This document shows, piece after piece, positions 39,417-48,513 of a DNA stretch of 64,000 nt. Under the pieces are notes generated by a model, which did no database searches, was not told where the DNA came from, and saw nothing but the letters and a program-made list of their open reading frames with translations. The DNA is from an uncultured archaeon. Its GTDB lineage: Archaea > Thermoplasmatota > Penumbrarchaeia > JASLWR01. Made by a program: the position numbers and the translations under genes. Where the stretch lies: assembly GCA_964342815.1 (NCBI GenBank), contig CAYFHS010000001.1, positions 1-64,000 of the forward strand, in the 5' to 3' direction. How positions within the stretch are numbered: the first letter of the stretch is position 1; the number at the start of each line of letters is the position of its first letter.

Positions 39417-39557
39417 GGACCGCCGACCCCCAGGTAAACGGCGGTCCGAGCCAAAATTAATGTCAAGAAACAGTGAATGGGTCGGCGGGAGCCGACCACT
39501 TTTGTGAACCTTTTTTTTATAAGGGCCTGCGTTGGCCCCAGTGGCCGCAGGCCCTTA
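39417..39557 (+). other. Intergenic three-hairpin element (candidate sRNA or attenuator), includes copy 2 of the bulged hairpin
   Basis: Stems 39417-39425/39439-39447, 39480-39486/39491-39497 (GGGA loop) and 39520-39531/39546-39557; T8 at 39511-39518. Confidence 0.55.
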
Positions 39558-39606
39558 CAAGATGGAAGAGAGAGACTAATAATAATCAGTAGAACCTATC
39601 ATCTCT

Positions 39607-42600
39607 CTAGTCCGGTTCACCCCATTCCACTTCCGTCTTTACACCGTCATCTTTATTCTCCGGACCACCGTAAACATCTTCATAGGCCTTTTTCCGCTCG
39701 GCCTCTTTCTCCTCCTCGGTCATCTCCACCTCCTCATCTCCCGCCGTGGCGGCTTTTTTCTTTGCTCTCATGAACAGGAAAAGAATTATTCCCCCAATGA
39801 CCGCCAGCAAAACTAAAATTACTATAACTATCAGTACGGCATTGCTCTTTTCCTTTTCTTTCCACATTTCCGAATCCCTGGGATAAGCATCCGACTCGTT
39901 CGGTACGCCGTCGCCGTCCATGTCCCCGTCGTCGCTGTCCTGAATGCCGTCGCCGTCAAGGTCGCGTATGAACACGGTGAAATTCTTCTCGCGGCTTCCC
40001 AGGTCTCCCGAATCATCCCTTACAGTGAGGTTCAGCGTGTAGTTTCCCGGCACCGTGAAAACATAACTGAACCGCTCACCGTGGTAGGATAGATTATCGT
40101 TACTGTTATTTCCCTTCAATTTCCAAGTGTAGTTAATGACCGATCCATCCGGATCAGTAGAAATTGACCCGTCGAACACTGCAGTTTCGTTCACGTAAAT
40201 CTCCGGAACGGCAAAGTCCGCAACTGGATAATCGGTATGAACGTATATCACAAAAGAGGTCCAGTTGGCGTCGCCATTATCGTCGGTAACAGTGAAATTC
40301 ACCTTGAACCTCCCTGCCCTGTTGTACGCGTGCCGCTCGTTTGCTTTCTCGGAAAACGTTCCGTCGCCGAAATCCCACAGATAGCTCAGCTGTTCCATTT
40401 CGTCGTCCACGTCATGGGTCCCTGTGGAAGTGAATGTGATCTCATCCCCCGGTGACGCCTCAAAAGTGCTGGCGGTTGCACGCACCTCGGGCGGGATATT
40501 GTTGACCTTGATGTGCTTCCACGTACTGACCTCGCGGGGTTCGTAGCCGAAACCGATGGTAAGTGAAATATTATGCGTACCGTCGTCCGAAAAACGCCAG
40601 ATGATCTGCTCACCCTTCCGCTCCTGTCCCCCGGGAAGCACCCAGTTGTAATCGTTCACCGCATCCATTGGATCGAAGAGGATCGGATAGAGAAGATAAT
40701 CGGTGGTGATATTTCCTTTGATGGGCCAAAAGCCGATCTCAACCGTGGGCTTCGGTAGTCCGATAAGAATATTCCGGGAAACGGTAACGTTGAATCCCGA
40801 ATCGTCAGTGACCGTAAGGTTTAGCTGATAACTTTTCTGCACGGTGTATATGTGTTTGACCAATGGTCCTGTAAGTATGAATCCGTCGCCCATGTCCCAG
40901 CTGTAATTCGTTATATTGCCGTCGGGATCATGGCTGCCCCTGCCGTCGAACTCCACCTCTTTGTGACTTTCCGCAGTTTCCGGTGCCGCAATAACTGCAA
41001 CTGGAGGAGCGTTCACGTGCACTTCCACCGAAAGAATGTTATCAGCCAGATTATCATCGATGACTTCAATTGGCAGCTCAAGCGATATGCGAATAATATG
41101 ATCCCCTGAAGCCAACGAGAGTGACTCCAAGGTGATTATTTTTTCACCGGGAGGAAGATACACACCTTCTTGTAGGATAACGTATCCCCCGTTGTCCGCC
41201 GTTACATCAACCATCACGGGACCTATTTCCACGTCACCCCTGTTGAGCACCCCGAACTCTAATCCCATCTCTTCACCCTCGGTAAGCAGTTCCGGGGTAA
41301 TCCTAAAACTATTGGCAGGTAAAGCTGCATCCGAGTAGATCACAGGTGCATACCAGATTCTCACCTCGCTGATGCAGGGGCTGATGGCCCTATCTATTTC
41401 ACTGGCCTGCAGTCCCACCCTTAACTGCAAGAAACGCTCTGGAAGCCATTGTCCCGAAAAACTGAAAACCGTTTCGTTATCTCTCGGAACGTCCCGCCAT
41501 TCCCCCCATGAGGTTCCGTTCTCCCACATTCTCATATTGACGGATACCTTGAATTCCTCGTAGAGCGGCCAATCTCCAAGCACCTCCACGTTCCACTTTC
41601 CAACGGGAACGGGTCCGAGATCCAACAGCTCGAAGCTTACGTTCCCTGACAATGTCCGGTTTGCGGAGCGGAGAGTTATATTGTCCACCAGAAGTGAATA
41701 ATGTTGAAAGGGAACCTCGAGCTCACTGTTCCGAATAAATATACGCAGGTGATTAAGATCGCTTATCCCCAGCTTCCCGATGTCTATAATAACATGATGC
41801 CATCTACCCGGCAGCGTTCCCGTTACGGAATATCGTCCGATCTCGTCATTCCAGCTTTCTCCATTATGGTCCAGCTCAATCTCAAAATTATATAGACTTA
41901 TATCTACTGGTCTGCAGTCGAATTCCAGTACTCCGAAATCGCTCCAATCCGTCAAGGTGAATGACCCATACTCTATACTGCCATAAGCTAACAGCGAAAC
42001 ATTTTCGTCGCTTCGCCAGAAACTGAGATTCAGCGCACCGATCCCCTCAACGTGCCCACCGTACGAGGTCTCAACCTCTACGGTGGAATTCACGCCGGAT
42101 TCGTTGTTTGGAATCCACCCGGAAGCACTGTCGCAGCCGGAAAGCAGGATTCCCGGCTCATCCATGGCCAGCTTCAATACTCCGTCACCGGACCAGGTCT
42201 TGGTGAGTCCTTCTAAAGTGGATATGCCGTCGTTCCCGTAATTATTGCCGGAACCGTGGTCATCCCAGGGTCCCGGGCCGCTTTTCGTCCCGTTCAGACC
42301 GTGCTGCCAGACTGAGAGATCATCATTGGCTCCCTCAATGGCTCTGGCAATATACTCCCGTACCCTGTAAAGATAGTCGCCGCTTACATCCATTTCGTTC
42401 ATAATCTCGAAATCGGATGCGGGCTGTATCAGACGGGCAACCGCCTCGGCACTTTCTCTTCCGAACTTCTCGGAATATTTCGTCAGATATTCGTAATCCT
42501 CCAATCCGTCCCGGGTAAGCTCCAGCCTAATGCTGATGATTATGTCGTCGTCAATGCCGATACTGGTGCCGGGGTACAGCATATAACCTTCCCCATCCGA

Positions 42601-44163
42601 TCTCGAACCACGCCAGGGGTCGTTGCCCACCGTATCGAAGTTCCAGTAGTTCATACCCCACTGTTTGATCCCGTCCACCCTCTGGTTGAAGCTATGCCAG
42701 TACATGGAGCGGAGACCCATTCCCGGTTTCTCGATTCCACCGCCCGCGTCGTGCCACCATATCTCCTCCCCGGCTTCCCGGCGGATGGCGGCGTCGTTGG
42801 GATGGTACCGGTTAAATTCTACGTCCCAGATTTTCCCTTCACCGTAGAGCGGAGGTTCTATTGAACGCACGATAAGGTGGTCAAGCCCGGGTGCATTTGC
42901 CTCTATTATATCATTTATATCCCGCTGAAGCGAATACGGGGGACTTGAGCGGGGGCTGGGACAGTTCTCGGTGAAGGGATACGGGTCCCCGCAGTAATAG
43001 AATATGCATCGATCCAGCCACCCTTTCTCGCGGTAATGGTCCGCCACCTTTTTTATATACTGCCCGATCACACGGCTGTAATTGACGCTTGGTTGGTAGG
43101 GCGGTGCGGAAAAATCGTAAATCCCGGAATCCCAGGGCACGGGATCGTTTGGTGTTATGGGAAAGGCAAAGCGAGCGAAGTCAAATTCGTCCAGATAATA
43201 TTCCATCAAGGGGTCGCTGCGGGTGAAGTTGACTGTTACGTTCAGATCGATATCCACGTCGATATCGCTGCCCCATGGCTCGGCCGTGCCCAGGCTTCCC
43301 GGGCTTATCCGGTGGGTCCTGAATTTTTCATATACCTTTTTCATGAGCTCGATGTGCTCGGGATCCCGATCATCAAAGGGATAATAAGCAGTATACAGGT
43401 CCGGTGACGAATCGAACCACGTCGTGAGGGTAGGATTCTCCGGTAGAACGAAGCTCCATATGGTTATTTCGAGTAACCGAGTAACTTGAGAATCTTTCTG
43501 GGCAAAAGTTATACCGGTACGATATGTGCCCGGAGGAATGTCCGAAGGAGCGTAAACGGTCACCCAAAGCGCTCTGGTTGTACCGCTTTCTAGCTCAATA
43601 TCCCATGATAGGCTTTCAGGCTCGGCGGTATCCGGATCAACCGATCCCGTGCGGTTCGGTTCCATTGGTATGAGAGGGTCCGGTGAAAAACTGCCCGCAT
43701 ATTCCACGTCGTGCATGCTGAAGTTTCCCGTGCCCAGTGTCCCGGGACCTTCTGCTTGGGCTAGGGTTATGTTCTCGCTGAAATCCTTCATTGGCCTGAA
43801 AGCCAGCTGGAAGGATTCATACTCGTTTCGTGCCATTGAGATCTTTATTGTATTTTCCGCTGCGGACCAGACCGGAGTAAGGTCTTTTGAGCGCGTGGTT
43901 GTGTATAATTTAAAGGTGGAGCATTCGGCCCAGAAATCGTCATCTATGAAATCGCCCCGCTGCCTGGTGAGTCCCACGCCAATTGGGGAATCGATATTAT
44001 TAAGCGTCTCGTTGTTGGGTGCCGGAGTCCAGTTTGACATTATTGTTGATAAAAGCAGTATAAGAAATACTGTCACGATCATGGGTAGTCGTATACGGAC
44101 TTTGCTCGCGAGTCCAGGGGGATGGTACCATGGGCCTTTCACTTTTTTTACAGTGTGTTTCAT
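39607..44163 (-). CDS. DUF4091/GH123-like glycoside hydrolase surface protein with CARDB, PKD repeats, TSP3-like motif and TM
   Basis: MARNEYESFQL, SIRLELTRDGLEDYEYL (DUF4091), PKD WDMGDG/WDFGDG, DLDGDG..DMDGDG, TM followed by basic residues. Confidence 0.8.
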   Translation of the reverse strand: MKHTVKKVKGPWYHPPGLASKVRIRLPMIVTVFLILLLSTIMSNWTPAPNNETLNNIDSPIGVGLTRQRGDFIDDDFWAECSTFKLYTTTRSKDLTPVWSAAENTIKISMARNEYESFQLAFRPMKDFSENITLAQAEGPGTLGTGNFSMHDVEYAGSFSPDPLIPMEPNRTGSVDPDTAEPESLSWDIELESGTTRALWVTVYAPSDIPPGTYRTGITFAQKDSQVTRLLEITIWSFVLPENPTLTTWFDSSPDLYTAYYPFDDRDPEHIELMKKVYEKFRTHRISPGSLGTAEPWGSDIDVDIDLNVTVNFTRSDPLMEYYLDEFDFARFAFPITPNDPVPWDSGIYDFSAPPYQPSVNYSRVIGQYIKKVADHYREKGWLDRCIFYYCGDPYPFTENCPSPRSSPPYSLQRDINDIIEANAPGLDHLIVRSIEPPLYGEGKIWDVEFNRYHPNDAAIRREAGEEIWWHDAGGGIEKPGMGLRSMYWHSFNQRVDGIKQWGMNYWNFDTVGNDPWRGSRSDGEGYMLYPGTSIGIDDDIIISIRLELTRDGLEDYEYLTKYSEKFGRESAEAVARLIQPASDFEIMNEMDVSGDYLYRVREYIARAIEGANDDLSVWQHGLNGTKSGPGPWDDHGSGNNYGNDGISTLEGLTKTWSGDGVLKLAMDEPGILLSGCDSASGWIPNNESGVNSTVEVETSYGGHVEGIGALNLSFWRSDENVSLLAYGSIEYGSFTLTDWSDFGVLEFDCRPVDISLYNFEIELDHNGESWNDEIGRYSVTGTLPGRWHHVIIDIGKLGISDLNHLRIFIRNSELEVPFQHYSLLVDNITLRSANRTLSGNVSFELLDLGPVPVGKWNVEVLGDWPLYEEFKVSVNMRMWENGTSWGEWRDVPRDNETVFSFSGQWLPERFLQLRVGLQASEIDRAISPCISEVRIWYAPVIYSDAALPANSFRITPELLTEGEEMGLEFGVLNRGDVEIGPVMVDVTADNGGYVILQEGVYLPPGEKIITLESLSLASGDHIIRISLELPIEVIDDNLADNILSVEVHVNAPPVAVIAAPETAESHKEVEFDGRGSHDPDGNITNYSWDMGDGFILTGPLVKHIYTVQKSYQLNLTVTDDSGFNVTVSRNILIGLPKPTVEIGFWPIKGNITTDYLLYPILFDPMDAVNDYNWVLPGGQERKGEQIIWRFSDDGTHNISLTIGFGYEPREVSTWKHIKVNNIPPEVRATASTFEASPGDEITFTSTGTHDVDDEMEQLSYLWDFGDGTFSEKANERHAYNRAGRFKVNFTVTDDNGDANWTSFVIYVHTDYPVADFAVPEIYVNETAVFDGSISTDPDGSVINYTWKLKGNNSNDNLSYHGERFSYVFTVPGNYTLNLTVRDDSGDLGSREKNFTVFIRDLDGDGIQDSDDGDMDGDGVPNESDAYPRDSEMWKEKEKSNAVLIVIVILVLLAVIGGIILFLFMRAKKKAATAGDEEVEMTEEEKEAERKKAYEDVYGGPENKDDGVKTEVEWGEPD

Positions 44164-44361
44164 TTCAGCACCGTCCGTGAAAAAAAAATTTCATCGGGAC
44201 TTTTTGAAATTCCACCGGAACGTAAAGTTAACGGGGAATATAAAATTTATGTTTCAAGGGTGAACCCACCGGGTCCCACATCCTAGAAAATACATGAAAA
44301 TTTGGCTGACATTTAGCATAATATCATGGTAGATCATAATAATTTAGGGTTGAAAGTAGGC

Positions 44362-45201
44362 TCATTGGGTGCCTGTAAAACCCCTAAACGCGGAAAGGGC
44401 TCTCAATTCTACCGCCGCTTCCGCCATCATTTTCTCAATTCCCTCTCCCGGAATATCATATCTCTTTATTCCGTCTTCCACCTCGTCCGGCAGTTTTACC
44501 CGTTTTAAAAAAAGTCCACCGGGCGGATGGGATGGAAAACGACCTGTACCGCTGTCCGGCTCAAGTGCTTTTTCTAACTCCGTCATTCCGATCTTCCGCT
44601 TAGCCGCCAAAAGGGCTGCCTTCAGCATCTTTCTTATCTGCCCGTACAGAAAGAACTCCGCTCTGAAGGTCACCTCCACCATGTCCCGCCCCCACAGCTC
44701 CGATACCTCCACAGTAATTTTATCTATTTTATGCTCAGCTCTGAAATAGTCCTCGTTCTTGGTTCTGTCCTTTTTTGTAAATGAGTAGAATGAGTGAGTC
44801 CCTGTGAATAATTTCAATGCCTCTTTGAATCTCACCATGGATCGGCCCACCACGCTGCCGTCGATATAGTAAACGTATTCTCTGAAAACGGCATGACGAG
44901 GATTAAAATTTTTATCGACGTCCCCCACCCCGTAGAAATAAGCACCCTCGATCATTGAATTCAATCTTCGTAGCAGTTCGTCTCCGGGTACGACTGAGTT
45001 AATCATAAAATAATTCTGGAAAGCTCCGACGCCGCGGTCCGTTCTAGACGAACTCTTGAAACCGGCTTCTTCGATACTATGAACAGCACCTGTTCGGATC
45101 AGTACTTCTATAATCTCGCCTTCTACGGTTCGCCTTCCTGGCTGCCTCGCGAACCCTTCAAAACCCTCTGGTAAATATCCGAACTCGATCAAAATAGCCA
45201 T
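44362..45201 (-). CDS. truA: tRNA pseudouridine(38-40) synthase TruA
   Basis: GFEGFARQPGRRTVEG, catalytic SSRTDRGV, FNPRHAVFREY, GTHSFYSF, FLYGQIRKM; start uncertain. Confidence 0.9.
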   Translation of the reverse strand: MAILIEFGYLPEGFEGFARQPGRRTVEGEIIEVLIRTGAVHSIEEAGFKSSSRTDRGVGAFQNYFMINSVVPGDELLRRLNSMIEGAYFYGVGDVDKNFNPRHAVFREYVYYIDGSVVGRSMVRFKEALKLFTGTHSFYSFTKKDRTKNEDYFRAEHKIDKITVEVSELWGRDMVEVTFRAEFFLYGQIRKMLKAALLAAKRKIGMTELEKALEPDSGTGRFPSHPPGGLFLKRVKLPDEVEDGIKRYDIPGEGIEKMMAEAAVELRALSAFRGFTGTQ

Positions 45202-45367
45202 ATCTATCCCGCAGATGATCACTACTGTTCCGGTGCATCGTGATGCGCCTGGACCTGTAGAAAACCGAAGGTTTTTGAAGGAGCAGCAACGCCGTAGGTG
45301 TTGCGGAGTGAAACGGGCTTCCTCGAAAACCATATTCGGGTTTTCTACGGATCTCACTGATGACGGA

Positions 45368-46768
45368 TCAACCTTCCTGGAACATCTTCTTCAGTAAGAA
45401 CATGTAAACGAGCCCGAACAGGCCGATGAGCAGAAGCAGAACTCCGCCGAAACTCAATCCTGCCAGTAAATACTCATTCTCCTCATGGCCGAAAACGAGA
45501 AAGTTACCCACGGCATCCCCGATTGTAAGGACGGCTAAAAGTATGAATATTGTGTTGAACGTCTTTTCCGACTTCTCCGACGCCGCCCTGCGCCGGTTCT
45601 CCTGGTATATCTTGAACGAATCGATGGTGTTCCGCAGTCTTGTCTGGGAGTTTTCGATGTTCTCCCTAAGATTGTTGAAAGCAAAGATTACCGTGTTCCG
45701 GATGCCCCTGAAGTTATCCATCAATGGGTCTATCATCAACGTACCTGTGTGACCTTCACCGATCCTCTTGATACCCAGGTCACCTTCCATTCTATCCATG
45801 ACACTTACATTGTCGTTCAATATCAGAATATTGTTGGATAGTTTCTCGTCCAGTTCCATGAGCTGTGTGAAATTTATCGAAGCATTATGGAGAAGTGCCA
45901 CCTCTCCCATTTCTTCTTCTTTCTTTTTGGACTTTTTTGATTTTGGAGAGTCCGAGGGTCCCTGGAGCAGTGCGTCTATCCTCTTGTTGAGCTTCTGGAT
46001 CCTTTCCCTGATCTTGGGAGCACTCCTCTTGTAAGCCTGGTATTCCTTGCCGTATATGGACAGGAACAGTAGCTGCAGCCCTATCAACCTGATAAGGGAG
46101 CTTGCAAAATCCCTTATCGCCGTATCGCTGGGCCCCTCCTCCTTCTCTCCAAAGGCTGACTCCTCCTGGGCCTCGTATTCCACGAGATAATTCTTTGGTA
46201 TGCTGTATTCGCTCTTTGTTTCCCTTTTCGCCGATGTGAATGAATAAATATTGGGTGTGAAACGGTGTGTGTCAAAGGAATTTCCCAGTATTGCCGATGA
46301 CGAGAAAAGTTCGTCGTTTATGGATTCAACCCTAACCTTGGATGTAATATCCGAAAGAGTGGCAGACCCCCCCCCGCTCACTCGAAAGGCATCCACGTCC
46401 ACCTCTGCTTCCAGCCAGTAATCCCGGGGCACCCCTCCCATTATGATATTGAAGGCTTCCATCTGAAGAAAATTGGTTTTGATAAGTTTAGTTCCCACAA
46501 GGGCTGCCAGACAAGTCTTCCTTGATGAGGAAATAACCCCCTGTATCTCGTCAGTGGAAATATCCTTCCAAATGGATTTACCTTCCTCAACCTTGCCCAA
46601 TTCCTTCTTCAATACCAGGAATGCCAGGTTCCCATCGCGGATGAAATCCACGTCACCTTCCAGTTTATCAGGTATTCTCCTTACGAGATCTTCCTTTATG
46701 TTTTCACCCGCCCGAAGGGCCACTACCCGAATTATGAAAGGGTCGAGGATCTTGAAAGTTTTTGCTAT
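45368..46768 (-). CDS. Membrane protein with CorA-like topology (soluble domain, long helices, 2 C-terminal TM), paralog B
   Basis: Paralogous to 46831-48429; no GMN motif; probable ATA start 7 nt after GGAGG. Confidence 0.65.
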   Translation of the reverse strand: MAKTFKILDPFIIRVVALRAGENIKEDLVRRIPDKLEGDVDFIRDGNLAFLVLKKELGKVEEGKSIWKDISTDEIQGVISSSRKTCLAALVGTKLIKTNFLQMEAFNIIMGGVPRDYWLEAEVDVDAFRVSGGGSATLSDITSKVRVESINDELFSSSAILGNSFDTHRFTPNIYSFTSAKRETKSEYSIPKNYLVEYEAQEESAFGEKEEGPSDTAIRDFASSLIRLIGLQLLFLSIYGKEYQAYKRSAPKIRERIQKLNKRIDALLQGPSDSPKSKKSKKKEEEMGEVALLHNASINFTQLMELDEKLSNNILILNDNVSVMDRMEGDLGIKRIGEGHTGTLMIDPLMDNFRGIRNTVIFAFNNLRENIENSQTRLRNTIDSFKIYQENRRRAASEKSEKTFNTIFILLAVLTIGDAVGNFLVFGHEENEYLLAGLSFGGVLLLLIGLFGLVYMFLLKKMFQEG

Positions 46769-46830
46769 TGTCTCGCCTCCGTTTGATTCATGATTTTCCC
46801 AAGCGTTCTAGAGCGCTCATTATGTTTATG

Positions 46831-48429
46831 CTATTCCTCTTTCCACATCTTCCTCAATACAAATATGTAGATGAAAAATGCTATTATCAAGAGAAATCCG
46901 ATTGCTACAAGGAACATTGCTCCCGCACCGGCCCAATCGTACGGCTCCTGACCTAGAGCGTAGGTGATGAGGCCGCTGAAGAAATCGGACAACTCTACGA
47001 TGGCAAGCGCGATAAAAACGATATTGAGCATGTTGGCTGTCTTCTTCTGGTTCTTTCTTCTTTTGCTCTCCCGGTAAGAGTTGAAGACGTCTATTGTGTT
47101 TCTTAACCGGTTCTGGGAGTTGGAGAGATTGCTTCGCAACCTGCTGAAAGATTTGAGTATAGTCTCCCGCCAACTCTTCATCTCATCCGAGAGTGATATC
47201 AGCACGTCACCCAACTCTGGGACCTCTTCCATTCTATCGAATTGGGTTTCCGTCTCGGTCCGTTCCACTTTCCCGAAACGATCAGTGAGAAATAGGATGA
47301 GGTTAGATACGTTCTCGTCAATCTCAGTAAGGCCGGATGAGAAAACGGACGAGCTGTATATTATATCATCTTCCGTGGGAACCGGTGTGCTTTTCTTCTT
47401 CTTTTTCTTTTTTTTCCCTTCTTCGTCTTCCAGCAGTATAGAGTTGATATTGCTCTGCAGACCCTGGATATTGTCTCTGATCTGAGCAGCGTTCTTCTTA
47501 TATTCCAGATGATTATTTTGAAATAGATGGTTGAAGGTCAAATGATGACCCATGAACCTGGAGACAGCCTTTACAAGATTCTCCATATGTGTGCGGTAAT
47601 AGGTGTCCTTTTTCCCGGATGATGCGGCTGATTTCTCTTCCGGAGCGTCATGGCCGTAGGTAAAGGGAGTTTCCGATTGATTTGAAAACATATTGCCTGC
47701 TTTGCTCTCTGTTGTATCTCCGGAATCATCATCCACGTCGTAATCGAGAAGGATGTGTGTCGGTAGTATGTTCTCGGGGTCTCCCTGTTTTTTACTCCCG
47801 GACCTGAATGCGAAGAGATTGACGTCGAAGGGTAGGGAGTTAATACGGTTACCTCGGATCTCATCCGAAGCATAAATTCCCTGATTGAGTATGTCCAGTT
47901 TCAGGGTCGAGCTCATCCCGGTGAAAAATGTTTCCCTGGCCGACGCATCGCTGATAACCGCACTGAGGTTAACTTCGGGTTCGATCCAGTAGTTCTTGGT
48001 AGTTCCGCAAACAAAAAATTGAAGGCTGCCCACAAAATCATGATCCCTAAACCGGGATTCTAGCTTATTTCGTCTTTTCTTTCCTCCCACCGCCATGCTC
48101 TCCAGTTTTTCGTCAATAACCTTTATACTTACCTTTATCCACGAAGACGCATTATCTTCTGTTTCTTCGTTTTCAATCTGTTCCCTATTAATGATGAATA
48201 GTGAGTTACCTTCCTGAAAATATTCTTCACCTTCAAGCAGATAATCAGATATATTCGTCTTTCCTTTTCCAATCTGCTCCTCGGAACTTAGACCTTTGGA
48301 TTTGAAGACGAGAACGTTGAATGCCTGTGGATCAAAGAGTTCATAACTTTGCTCATAACCCCGGGGTTTATACGAATGAGCGACGTAATCATCGACTTCG
48401 GGTTGATACGCGCCGTAACTCTGTGCTAT
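46831..48429 (-). CDS. Membrane protein with CorA-like topology, paralog A
   Basis: Frame open 111 codons upstream of the ORF-track ATG; shared LSNSQ/IENSQ.RLRNTID motif with paralog B; 2 TM; probable ATA start. Confidence 0.65.
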   Translation of the reverse strand: MAQSYGAYQPEVDDYVAHSYKPRGYEQSYELFDPQAFNVLVFKSKGLSSEEQIGKGKTNISDYLLEGEEYFQEGNSLFIINREQIENEETEDNASSWIKVSIKVIDEKLESMAVGGKKRRNKLESRFRDHDFVGSLQFFVCGTTKNYWIEPEVNLSAVISDASARETFFTGMSSTLKLDILNQGIYASDEIRGNRINSLPFDVNLFAFRSGSKKQGDPENILPTHILLDYDVDDDSGDTTESKAGNMFSNQSETPFTYGHDAPEEKSAASSGKKDTYYRTHMENLVKAVSRFMGHHLTFNHLFQNNHLEYKKNAAQIRDNIQGLQSNINSILLEDEEGKKKKKKKKSTPVPTEDDIIYSSSVFSSGLTEIDENVSNLILFLTDRFGKVERTETETQFDRMEEVPELGDVLISLSDEMKSWRETILKSFSRLRSNLSNSQNRLRNTIDVFNSYRESKRRKNQKKTANMLNIVFIALAIVELSDFFSGLITYALGQEPYDWAGAGAMFLVAIGFLLIIAFFIYIFVLRKMWKEE

Positions 48430-48513
48430 AGGTCAAACCCCCTTGTCGAGTGAATTTCAGAATAATAAAATATTAAATTTATCAAGATTCGAAACCACGT
48501 TGATGATGGCCCG

